Shown in pieces: positions 29,451 to 39,600 of a stretch of 64,000 nt of DNA. The notes below the pieces were generated by a model, which was not told where the DNA came from, searched no databases, and saw nothing but the letters and a program-made list of their open reading frames with translations. Numbering within the stretch: position 1 is the first letter of the stretch; the number at the start of each line of letters is the position of its first letter. Made by a program: the position numbers and the translations under genes. Source of the DNA: a virus; the IMG/VR virus record IMGVR_UViG_3300027759_000051, one strand, 5' to 3'.

Positions 29451-31460
29451 TTAGCCTCCCAGCAGTTCTATTAGTTTCTTTTTTTGCGAAGATAAAGATT
29501 CAACTCGAATCTCAAATAATCTGTCAATAATCTTGATGTGCGCCAACTCTCCCACAGACAACCCATCTAGCGCCATGCGGGAACGAAGGTCATCAACCCT
29601 AAAGGATCTTGCTCTTTTTAGCATGCTTTCAATAGCTTTTTTAAAAATAATTTGCTGTTCAATTTTTAGTTCTTTGTAATAGTCTGAGTAGTCAATTTTC
29701 CCAGTTTCTCCATAAAACTCTAAAATATTCATTTTTGTTCTTTTTGTAATTTCTATTTTGCTCAAGTCGGTGAGACCGGACGTAGTGTTTTGAGCAAGCA
29801 TTGGAATAACTCCATCAATCGTCTGCATTCCGTAGACTGATGAAAGATCCCTTTCTCTCTGATCTGTCAAGAAATCTGAAATCATCATGATTGCGACATC
29901 TTTTGGATTCAAGTCATAAAGTTTTACGTCTGGGTTAAAAACTGAACCAGGCATTGCCGTTTCAACGTCTTGCCTCATGTATCGTCTTTTATCTCCCTGT
30001 GGCCCAGAGAATATTACGTCTGGAGATGAGAGACCAAGATGCTCTTGAAGATCCGAAGCAAATCTTTCGCCAATGTGCTGGAATTGCTTTGGATTCGTAT
30101 ACTCAAAGTATTTTCCATTGCCAACAGTGAGCAAGTTTTGGCTTTGTGAAATTTTTTCTTTTTTCACGAGGTTTGTTTTTGCGAGTACACGCTGAAGTAT
30201 TTTTGGGTCAATCATTGATAGCGATCCACCATTGTTTACAAATTCAATAGCATCCGTCAGTGATGAGATCTTTTTGCTCATTGCTGCATTGCTTGTTGTT
30301 TCTCTGCCTAGAGTTCCGTCTTCACCTACTGGTTTTGTTATATTTTTCTTGTTAAATACTTCGTTTGCCCATCTTGGCTTATTATTTTTTATTTCGTTCG
30401 GATTCCTTATATTTACAAACTCTTCAGAGTAGGATATTCCATCTCCCATTTCATTTGCTAAGTACTTGAGCCTCGCAGATGGGTCTTTTGAGTTATTCTG
30501 CGCCATTGAGATGGTTATTGTCTTGCCAAGTTTTCTTCTCTCACCAACGGTCAACTGTCTTGCTTTTTCAATCGTGAGACTAGAGCCACTTGGTGTTACG
30601 TAGATAACTGATTTTACTCCACTGTTTGACAGCATCCCAAGCTCGTCATTGCCGATGTCTTGTGGACCAAAAGCGGAGAGGATGTAGGTAGCTCCATCCA
30701 TATCCCTGTTATCTGGGATTTCCCTTAGTACCTTTGCTGGAACAACTGGTTCAAGAAGGAATCCATCACGGCGAACCATTCTCGCTGTTTTTGCGGGATG
30801 GGTAGCTATTGACCGTTTCATTTCTTTAATTCTTATGTCGGCAAGCCGTGAGTTATCTTTTGAAACTTTTGGTATTTGCGGTTTTCTTGACTCAATGAGT
30901 GAATCTGGATACTCTCCGCCAGTTATTGGATTACCAGTTATTGGGTCAGCGGCGCGTGTTCTGAATTTTTTTGCTAATGCTGATATGAGCATCCCAAGTG
31001 GAGATGGTATGTCAAAAAGTTTAACTCCGCACGTTGATAGCCGAGAGTCCGTGAAGCGTCCTCCATACTGGTAACCCTCTGGGCACCTGTATGGCTTGCC
31101 TTTTCTCCGAGAGCTTCCGCCACTCCCAAAACCCGGGGTGAGTGTTCTGTATATGGCGGAGCGCACTGGAGAACGAATTGGATCACTATCGCCAGGGATT
31201 GCCAAACTTGCCAAAGTATGAATAGCTCTTCCGCCAGAACCTGCTTTTATTGAATATTCTTCGGTAATTCTTTCGCTAGCCATCCTTCTAGAAGAGCCAT
31301 TAACTAGAGAAGTTGCCTTAAAGTCAATAAAGTTTTTACTTAGGGGTGTTTTTGTGCGCACCACATGGGTATGCGTCTTTTGTTCCGAAGATTCAAAAAT
31401 AACTCTTGTTATTATTGTTTTTCTAATGTCACCAGAACAGCAACTTTCATCTTTATTCAT
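29451..31460 (-). CDS. large head-cluster protein with degenerate HipA/PI4K-like kinase C-terminus
   Basis: YRCPEGYQYGGRFTD motif; GERFASDLQEHLGLSSPDV and ISDFLTDQRERD; likely start MNKD. Confidence 0.6.
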   Translation of the reverse strand: MNKDESCCSGDIRKTIITRVIFESSEQKTHTHVVRTKTPLSKNFIDFKATSLVNGSSRRMASERITEEYSIKAGSGGRAIHTLASLAIPGDSDPIRSPVRSAIYRTLTPGFGSGGSSRRKGKPYRCPEGYQYGGRFTDSRLSTCGVKLFDIPSPLGMLISALAKKFRTRAADPITGNPITGGEYPDSLIESRKPQIPKVSKDNSRLADIRIKEMKRSIATHPAKTARMVRRDGFLLEPVVPAKVLREIPDNRDMDGATYILSAFGPQDIGNDELGMLSNSGVKSVIYVTPSGSSLTIEKARQLTVGERRKLGKTITISMAQNNSKDPSARLKYLANEMGDGISYSEEFVNIRNPNEIKNNKPRWANEVFNKKNITKPVGEDGTLGRETTSNAAMSKKISSLTDAIEFVNNGGSLSMIDPKILQRVLAKTNLVKKEKISQSQNLLTVGNGKYFEYTNPKQFQHIGERFASDLQEHLGLSSPDVIFSGPQGDKRRYMRQDVETAMPGSVFNPDVKLYDLNPKDVAIMMISDFLTDQRERDLSSVYGMQTIDGVIPMLAQNTTSGLTDLSKIEITKRTKMNILEFYGETGKIDYSDYYKELKIEQQIIFKKAIESMLKRARSFRVDDLRSRMALDGLSVGELAHIKIIDRLFEIRVESLSSQKKKLIELLGG

Positions 31461-32121
31461 AAACGGGTCCACCGCAACATTTCTCACTTAGCGAAGAATC
31501 AAAGTTAACTGATTTAATCCGACCCTTATCATCTTCCCCGACGACTTCCCAGTTGTTCTCATCGCGGAGGTAGTCACAGAATGATTTTTCCATTTCAACA
31601 AAATCTGCCAAAACCTTCATTGCGTAAGTAACATCATCCTCTGTGACTACTTCTTCTGTCATGCCTTTTACGAGTGGTTGAAACTCCGTATAGAAAAAAT
31701 CTTCTTTTCTAAGGTAATCGTACTCAGCAGACTTCTTTCCAGCAGTTTTTGGTGGTGTTATTGATCTTTTTAGTCTTGACGCAAATTGCGAATTTGACCA
31801 ATTTTGCTTTTTTAGCTTACCTTTGCAGTTCTTCATGCCGGGGTGGTGGCATCCCTCGTTGGGCCATAGGCCAGTTGTTTCGTGGTGAAGCCAAGCACAA
31901 ATTCTCTCAAGAGGATAAAGTTCTGGGTGATTCGCCAGAATGACTCGACAGCGTGTGAATCCACCTTCTTTACGCATGATTGGACGCCAGTAGCGGAGAA
32001 GTCTTTCCAGGTTGCCACGACGCGGCCCACGACCCTTAAGGATGTCTCCGGTTACGCGCTCCTGCGGGAGATCAAGAATTGCATCTTGGGGAGCTTTTAT
32101 CCTTATGTTTCTCTCGTACAT
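31453..32121 (-). CDS. hypothetical head-cluster protein
   Basis: LLRYW..GGFTRC..CAWLHHETTGLWP motif. Confidence 0.75.
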   Translation of the reverse strand: MYERNIRIKAPQDAILDLPQERVTGDILKGRGPRRGNLERLLRYWRPIMRKEGGFTRCRVILANHPELYPLERICAWLHHETTGLWPNEGCHHPGMKNCKGKLKKQNWSNSQFASRLKRSITPPKTAGKKSAEYDYLRKEDFFYTEFQPLVKGMTEEVVTEDDVTYAMKVLADFVEMEKSFCDYLRDENNWEVVGEDDKGRIKSVNFDSSLSEKCCGGPVYE

Positions 32122-32133
32122 TTTTTCTCAGTT

Positions 32134-32448
32134 CTATTTTTTTGTGTCAAGACTTGTTATAACTGGTAATCCATCTATCATTTTATCATCAATTTGATTT
32201 TTCTTTAAAAGAAACATATTGACCCATTCTTTTTTCTTACTTTCCGTAGGCGGAGCCCAAAGAAGGTTGTGAAATGGTGATTTCATTATTTTGTTGATAC
32301 CTGTTGTCTTGTTGACGAATGAGAAAAAATTAAACTCCATTACTTTGCCTGCGGCAGTTACAAGTGCACCGTCATTCTCGTCGGGACCGGCATCAATTAT
32401 GTAGTAGAGCCTTCTATCTCCCACTGTCCCAACTAGCGTTGCCTTCAT
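32134..32448 (-). CDS. hypothetical protein
   Basis: 104-aa ORF coupled in the operon. Confidence 0.65.
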   Translation of the reverse strand: MKATLVGTVGDRRLYYIIDAGPDENDGALVTAAGKVMEFNFFSFVNKTTGINKIMKSPFHNLLWAPPTESKKKEWVNMFLLKKNQIDDKMIDGLPVITSLDTKK

Positions 32449-33356
32449 TTGTCCTCTTTTGCCATCTTCGCTGGTTTATTCATTTTTCCAATATCTTTTG
32501 ATATTACTGCAGAGACTTCCCTTTTTATTTTGTTTATCAAAGTTTTCTCTACGCCATCAATCATGTTCGCTGATTTTTCGTATGTTCTTGGATCATCAAT
32601 ACTCTTCCCATCTGGGCGATTGAAAAGAACGTAGCCAATACCAAGGTCTTCGTACTTTTTCTTTATATTGAGCGATGTTCTATATACCTTTAGATCTTTT
32701 AATGATGGCGTAATCGGTATTGATTTGTTGTATTTATTTTTTAATTCATTTATATTTTGTTCTGATAAATTTTCATTCTTCATTATTGATTCAATGTCAA
32801 TTTTTAAAACAACATCAGAAACTTCTGCATTTTCTGAGTCTTGAACGAGTCTGTCGTAAGAGTAGGAAATGCCCTCAATGTCATCGGAGTCAAACCCACC
32901 AAGGATCTGTGCCTCTATGGGCTCGGTACCTTCTTTGTATTTACCATTTTTGTCTTTTGAAAGAGATTTTGTTAATCCAGAAAAATCTTTTTCAGTATAC
33001 GATTTAAGTAAACCTAATAATGAGTCAGCTATGTTACTTGCAGACTTTCTTCCATCGGAATTCACCAGCGCATCAACAATTGCATCGCTATCATTTGACG
33101 AGAGTGGGACAGTTCTTCCTCCGGTTTTAAGAGGATCACCTCTTGTGTAAGAAGTTCTATTTGCGGTGTCTTTCCTCAGGATCACTTCTATGTCACCCTG
33201 TGCTTCTATCTCTGGAGGAGCAGATCCAAAGCCCATAGGAGCGTCTTTGTGGACTAGGTAGCCCGACAACGGCCTTGAACTCAATGGGGTATCTTTCGGT
33301 ATCCCATTTCTCTTATTGAACTCTTGCCTTACGAATTCATCTGAACTTCTAGCCAT
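32445..33356 (-). CDS. DUF3626-like (ART-related) domain protein, possibly a partial domain
   Basis: RPLSGYL..GDIEVILR..RTSYTRGD..IEAQILGG. Confidence 0.45.
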   Translation of the reverse strand: MARSSDEFVRQEFNKRNGIPKDTPLSSRPLSGYLVHKDAPMGFGSAPPEIEAQGDIEVILRKDTANRTSYTRGDPLKTGGRTVPLSSNDSDAIVDALVNSDGRKSASNIADSLLGLLKSYTEKDFSGLTKSLSKDKNGKYKEGTEPIEAQILGGFDSDDIEGISYSYDRLVQDSENAEVSDVVLKIDIESIMKNENLSEQNINELKNKYNKSIPITPSLKDLKVYRTSLNIKKKYEDLGIGYVLFNRPDGKSIDDPRTYEKSANMIDGVEKTLINKIKREVSAVISKDIGKMNKPAKMAKEDK

Positions 33357-33603
33357 TTCTGTACTCTCCGAGAAGCTCTTCTATGTCTACGTTTGGATAT
33401 AGTTTTTGTGCTTCCTCTTCATCTATTTCGTCAATTTCTGTTGACCCAGTTATTAGTGACTTCATGACTTCACTTGTTTCAATTAGTTCGCCTTCGCGTA
33501 ATTCAAACTCGTCTAACGTTTTTTTTGCATCATCAAATATTAAGACCATAAGTTTTACATTATCTGTATTGTTTTTTACTTTTGTGAAAAATCTTAACCT
33601 CAT
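33349..33603 (-). CDS. small acidic protein, candidate immunity/antitoxin
   Basis: ATGA overlap with the stop of the protein ending in a RelA/SpoT-like domain. Confidence 0.55.
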   Translation of the reverse strand: MRLRFFTKVKNNTDNVKLMVLIFDDAKKTLDEFELREGELIETSEVMKSLITGSTEIDEIDEEEAQKLYPNVDIEELLGEYRNG

Positions 33604-36600
33604 GAAGAAACTCCCATTGTTTCCAATTCCCTGATTAGTGACTTTATGTCAACTTCTTGGAATGGCTGAAACTTTGTTTCTCCTATGCTGAGTAACTCGT
33701 CAGGCGGGTATGGAACGCCGATCTTGTTAGCCATTTGAACCATCTCATCATAAAGCTGACGGCGTTGTGCATTGTCTTTTGACTCCCTGTACGTCTCGTA
33801 CAGTTTGTGTATATCTTCTTTGTCTTCAACAGACTGTGGCGTGTGGAACTGTAATTCAAATTTTGTTCCGTCTGGGCCAATTGCTGCGATGTTTATGCCC
33901 TGATATGGGTCATCGCCCTTCCAGTAGTTTTTTATTCTTAGTTTGTATCCAGCGGCTTGTAGTTCTTCTACCATGTTCTTCACGCCGGAAACATATTCTT
34001 CTGGATCAAAAGCAGTTGTGTACCTGATTACGTCGCTCATTGACTCGGCGGCTTTTTGAGCATCGCCGCCATGTTCTGTATCTTTTTCATCAAGGATCTT
34101 GCGGACCAAAGATTTGAGTGCTTTTATTCTAAAGTCAAGACCACGCATTTCTCCTTCATGCTTATTAGCGAGGTCAATCAGTGTCTTTGTTATCTCTTTT
34201 TCTGCTTCTACTAGTTTTTCTCTTTGTGCAGTAGCTGCTTCAATAACGTCTCTTGGGGCGCCGGGTTTTGGTTCGGGGTTATCTGGCTCGATCATGTCGT
34301 AGCCACCGTGCTTGTACTGCACTTTTTTAATTGTTTTACCAGAAGATAGACCTGCCGACCTTCCGGGGGACGAGCCTCCCCTGCCGAATCCGTATTCGTC
34401 TTCAAGTTTCGCTAGGCTTTCTCTATCTTCTCTGCTCCATCCAGAAGTATCTGGGGCAACCGACATGAGGAAATCTCTTATTCCTGCGTCTTCTCCTGCG
34501 TACTCTTGTTCTCTGTCTGCGTCTTGCGAACGGTTGGCTTTTCCTCGCCCTAACTGACTAACGGTATTTCTGTACCAACTTGAGTAATCTGTTGATGCCT
34601 TCTGCTTGGGGTTGAAGTTTTTGGGCTGCTCCGCAGTTCCTTTTCCGAACCATCTTGACCTTGCGTCGTTATACCCAACTTCTCGTGCGCGAAGGAAATC
34701 TGGCGAGAACCTTCCGCCGACCTCATCTCGCTGACGTTCAATTGTGGTGAAACTCATATCCATTCCAGCTTCCCAGTCTGATATGAACTTTTCGTGTGCT
34801 TCGCGTTTTGCGTTCTCTTCTGGGTCTGGGAATTGACGCTCAAGATCAGGATCCCTGTTTGAGTGACGAGTTGTCTTGCGTCCAGAAGATAGACCTGCTG
34901 ACCTTCCAGAAGATAGACCTGCTGGTTGTCTGTCTTGAGTTCCCCACGGAGCGCTTGTCTCTCTCAAGTCCAAAACACGTGCTTGCATATTCTTGTTACC
35001 AAGAGCTCTATGCATAGCAACTCTGTTGTGTCCATCAATTACGAATATCTTGCCAGTTTCATCTATCAGCAGGTATGGGTCGTAACCCTCTCTAAACGGC
35101 TCTTCACCCGAAACAACCTTGTCTATGGAGGATCCCTTGAGGTGTGACTCCGTAGGGAGAATGTCTAGATCAAGATCAACTTTTGAAACAGGAATATCGT
35201 CCCACCCATCCCATGTTTTTGCTGACTCAACGTTGGCATCTTCGGTGTATTCGAGTTTCCAGTCCATCCCGTACTCGCTCATGGGGCGATCCCTGTTTGC
35301 CTTCAAGCCAGGAGACCTATCTGGTGTTGCTCCTTTTTTAATATCCCTAACTACTGGAGGACTAGAATTACCATCGCCTTTTCCTGATTTTGAAGCCATA
35401 CCAAAATCTGTGGCCCACTTGTTTGCTTCCCTGAGTATCTCGGATATTGGAGAGTCAACCACGATAACGTTTAGTTCAAGGTCGCCAAGTTTTCCATCGC
35501 TTAGGTCTCTTCCTACCTGAGCAGCCCATCTGTGGTGTCCGTCAATAACGTAGCCGTCTCTACTTACAAATATTGCTTCACCTTCTGGATCAAATTTTTC
35601 GTTTGTGATCATTCCCACTACTTTTGATCCAACTAACTCATTTTGCGTTGCTTTAAGTTCTGAGGCTTTTACCTTTTTCCTCTTTACGCCTATTCCTATT
35701 TTAGATAGGTGCTCTTCAAATGCTTTTGTTCCGTCAACTCCGCCCCCTTTGTCCTTTGGCAACTTGTCAGCATCAGAACCCGGAACTGGAGTACCACTGA
35801 ACTGTGGCATATTTATTCTTTCTATGCCCTTTGAATCAGAGCAGAACAAGTTTGTTCCCGGCACAGAGACTCTACATAGGTCATAGTTTGGAGCCTTGTC
35901 TCCCTTGCTCAAGGCATCCTGAACTATCTCGTTTAGTTTGTCAATCAATGTTGATACTTGGTCAACTGAATCAAGTTCAACTAATTTTCCTTCTTTTATC
36001 ATCTTCAGGGCATCATCAATTGATTCTGGCTTGAATATTTCTTCGCCACGGGAAGATACTGATTTCTTTGCCCCAGAAGAAAGACCTCTTCTTTTTTCCC
36101 TTCTTGTTCTGACTGCTGCTCTGGCGGCGTTCAGCTTTCCAAATGCCCAGTCCTCTGCGCTTGTGGCATCTATGCCTTTCATTAGCAAGGCAATCATTAG
36201 CAGGTCTTTTGTTCCTTGTAGGTTGTCTGGATCTGCGTTGTTCCACTCATTCCAAGCACTTACCGCAGTTCCGACTAAGCCTGAACTTAACCCAGAACTT
36301 CTTCTAGCAGAATTTTTTGCTTTTTGTTTTTCTATAACAGACGTTATTGCTTCAAAAAGTTCAAAAGAATCAAAATCTGCTTCGTTTTCTGGTATCGCTA
36401 CATCAAGTATGTCTTCAAGCTTTTTCTTTGTATCTAATTCAATTGTTCCATCTTCAACAAGGTAGTCAAGTTCGTCCTTAGCTAGTTCCCGCATAGCCTT
36501 TTTGCCCATTGATGTTGCGAATTTTTTAGACTCATCAGTAGTTAAAGTGTCAAGTGCGTCTCTTAATTGAGCGGCTAGTACATCTCTTCTTCTCTGTTCA

Positions 36601-39600
36601 TTGACAAATGATCTATCGCCGTAGCGAAGTGGTCTGCCGCTTGGCCCAACCATTACATCATCTAACTCTTCGCCAGAAAGTCTGACCCTCGGTCTCTTGT
36701 CTACTGAATTATGGAACTCAAGAGCTTGTTTGATTATTATTTCAGACAGTTCTTCATTTGACTTTGTTTTTAGCAATGTGCGGACTGATTCAGGTACGTC
36801 TGATTCGGATATTTCAATATCGTCGTCGCTTCCGCCGAACTGGAGAACGTCACGTAGCCTCTCAAACGTCTCGGAAGTGCGTGACTGTAGTTCCACTTTT
36901 CTATCTACCGGAGAAAGCTCCTCACCATATACGTCATCAAGTGGGTCTGGATCTGCTTTTGGTGCTCTTCTCTGTGGACTACTTGAAGCTTTTACTACAT
37001 CTATGTCGTCATTTATCTTTTTTGTTTTTGCTTCAATATCTTTTTGTTTTGTAAGCGGGGTAACGACAGTTGAAGACTTTCCTTCTTTTCTTCTCCTCGC
37101 AGCATGGGAGTTTACTGATTTCTCCAACTTCCTTCTTGTCCCCTTGGCATGCTGGTTTGGGTTTGGTCCTTCTTCGCCTATATTTGAGATCATTGAATCG
37201 AGTGACTGCATTGGGTCGTTTTGATGAACTATCTCAGCGATTAGAATCTCATTGCCATCGTCGTCTATTTTTGTGCCTACAATTTTAAGTTTTCCGGGAG
37301 GGAGCAGAAGTTTTTGCTCGTAGTCGTCTGGCTTATCTGAAGATAAATCGCTCCAGTGGGGGAAGTGACCCTTCTGTCCTGCTTGAACCCGAACCATTAC
37401 TCTTGTTGGCTTTTTCCCACCATCAGTAGGGTTGCCTTCCAAGGAATCAGCATTAAATGGTCTTTTCTTACCAAGAACTGAACCCGTAAGTATTCCATCC
37501 ACTATTACCAAATCAGCATCTTTTTTTGCACCTAGTTGATTCAAGTCAAGATCAAGCGTTGTCTCAATCTCAATTGCATCGGTAAGTTCCGACCTGTCAA
37601 TAAGTTCCAGAGATGGTATTAATATGTTGTCAACTTGACCAACCAAAGACCCAGTAAGTCTTGATGTATCGTCAACATCAGCGCCACTGCCGTCAGAGTA
37701 CATTTTGATGGCGCGACGATTTCTTTTGTTTATTGCCTTCGCAGCGCCAACTTGTTTTTCTGGATCTAAAATGTTTCCAATATCAACTTGCTCTGGATCT
37801 GCGAGTTGTGTTATTGCGTCACGCTCTTGTGGTGTTGCTGTTTTTAGAAGTTTTGCTCTTTCGTTTAATGCGTGCTCTTCTGCGTCTTTTTTACTGTTAA
37901 AAGTTTTAGGTTTTGGCTTTTGTTTTTTATTTTTTCCAGAACTAGTTAATATTGCATCAACTTTTTTATCAATAAACTTATTTAGAGAACTTACTGACGC
38001 ATTCTCGTCAGATTCGCTACGCCGATCCCTTATCGCTTGACGATACTTTCTTTTTTCTGCTTGAAGTTTTGATTTTAGATCTTCACTGATGCCATCCTGC
38101 ATGAGATCAACTTCTATCTCAGCAAGCCTGTTTAGTAGTTGTTCTTCTGTATCGTTATTGACATTATTGTTTATTTCTTCAATTCTTCTTTTTTCTGCAA
38201 TTTCAGATATTTCTTTATCTGATAGCAAGCCATTTTGTTCTCTCGCAGTTTTTAAAATGTCAGAAAAGCTATCCTTAAACTTTGAGTTTCCAGCTTTTTC
38301 GTATTCTTTTGCTATGTCACTGAAGTACGAAGAATCGTCAAGATTTCCATCTATTTTTGCTTTTTCTGCACTCGCTTCATGAGCGATTATCGCTTTAATT
38401 ATTTCATCTTCAGAAAGATCTGATGCTAGAGTTTTTACATCTTTTAGATTTTGTGATCTTCTGTCATTTCTTCTTTTTCTCACATCATCAATTGATGATT
38501 GATAATATATTTTATTTTTGGAAACTTTTGATAGCGGACTTGATCCAGCAGTATTGAAAACATCTTGCTCATATAGGTCATATTCTGCCCTATCTTCAAA
38601 AAATCTTCCATCAGAAACGTCATCCATCCACTCAAGCGCCCCATCAACGTCGTCGCCCCATATGAGCCCAGACATTCTTAATGCAAACAATTCAGCAGAT
38701 ACTTCCGCTGCTCGTATCCCTGGGTTTTCTACTGTTTGTGGATACGAGCCAGCAAGAAACTTAACTGAATCAGAACGACTCATAACGTTATTTATGGACT
38801 CAAGAAGATCGGGATCACTAAATGCATCAAGAACCGCTTCTGGTGTTATTTCTTCTACTTTTGTTATTCTTTTTTTATTTCCTTGGTAATCAAAGTATTC
38901 ATAGTATCCATTTGAATCAATTTCTGATTTTATTTTTCTTCCTACTGCGGTTATTTGCAGAGTATGTCCAAGTTCGTGGTACATTATGTGCCTTGCAAAA
39001 CCTTCGTGACCCAAGGCGAGGGCGGCAGTCCTGCGGGCTTCTAGTTGTGAGCTAACTAAGAAGTCGTTAGCGGCTTGTGCATTTTCTGAGTCTGAACCAC
39101 CTATTGCGTCAATCCTCATTCTTGAATACTCATCAAGGCTTGGCAACATTGCTTCTTGGTTGTCCATTATTGTTTCAAGGTCAATACCTATTGTTGAGTG
39201 CTCAAAACCAGAGCCGAAAGCATTTGCCCTTGCCTCATCAGGACCTTCTGGGTTCTTACTCCAGCTTAGTTCCCTTAAGTTTTTTCCTATATGGTCAGGC
39301 ATCTGGACATACGTATCAAGCAATGCGTCGAGCATTGATCTTTCTGTTGCGTACCATCTGTCAACATCTGCTTCAATTAACTGCTGTCTTTGATTGTCAG
39401 ACATTTTTGCCCAAGCTTCTGGGTTTTTGTCTCTTAATCTGTTTGATATGACTGATACAACTTCGCTGTAAGATTTTCTATCAGTAAGTTCTAATTCAAG
39501 CAATCCTCTTTTATTGAGTTCTTCAATTGCTTCTATCCTGTCGGCGTTAACTGCTTCTTTTTCTGGAGATGACTCTATTCCAAGTGAATCCTGAAGTCTA

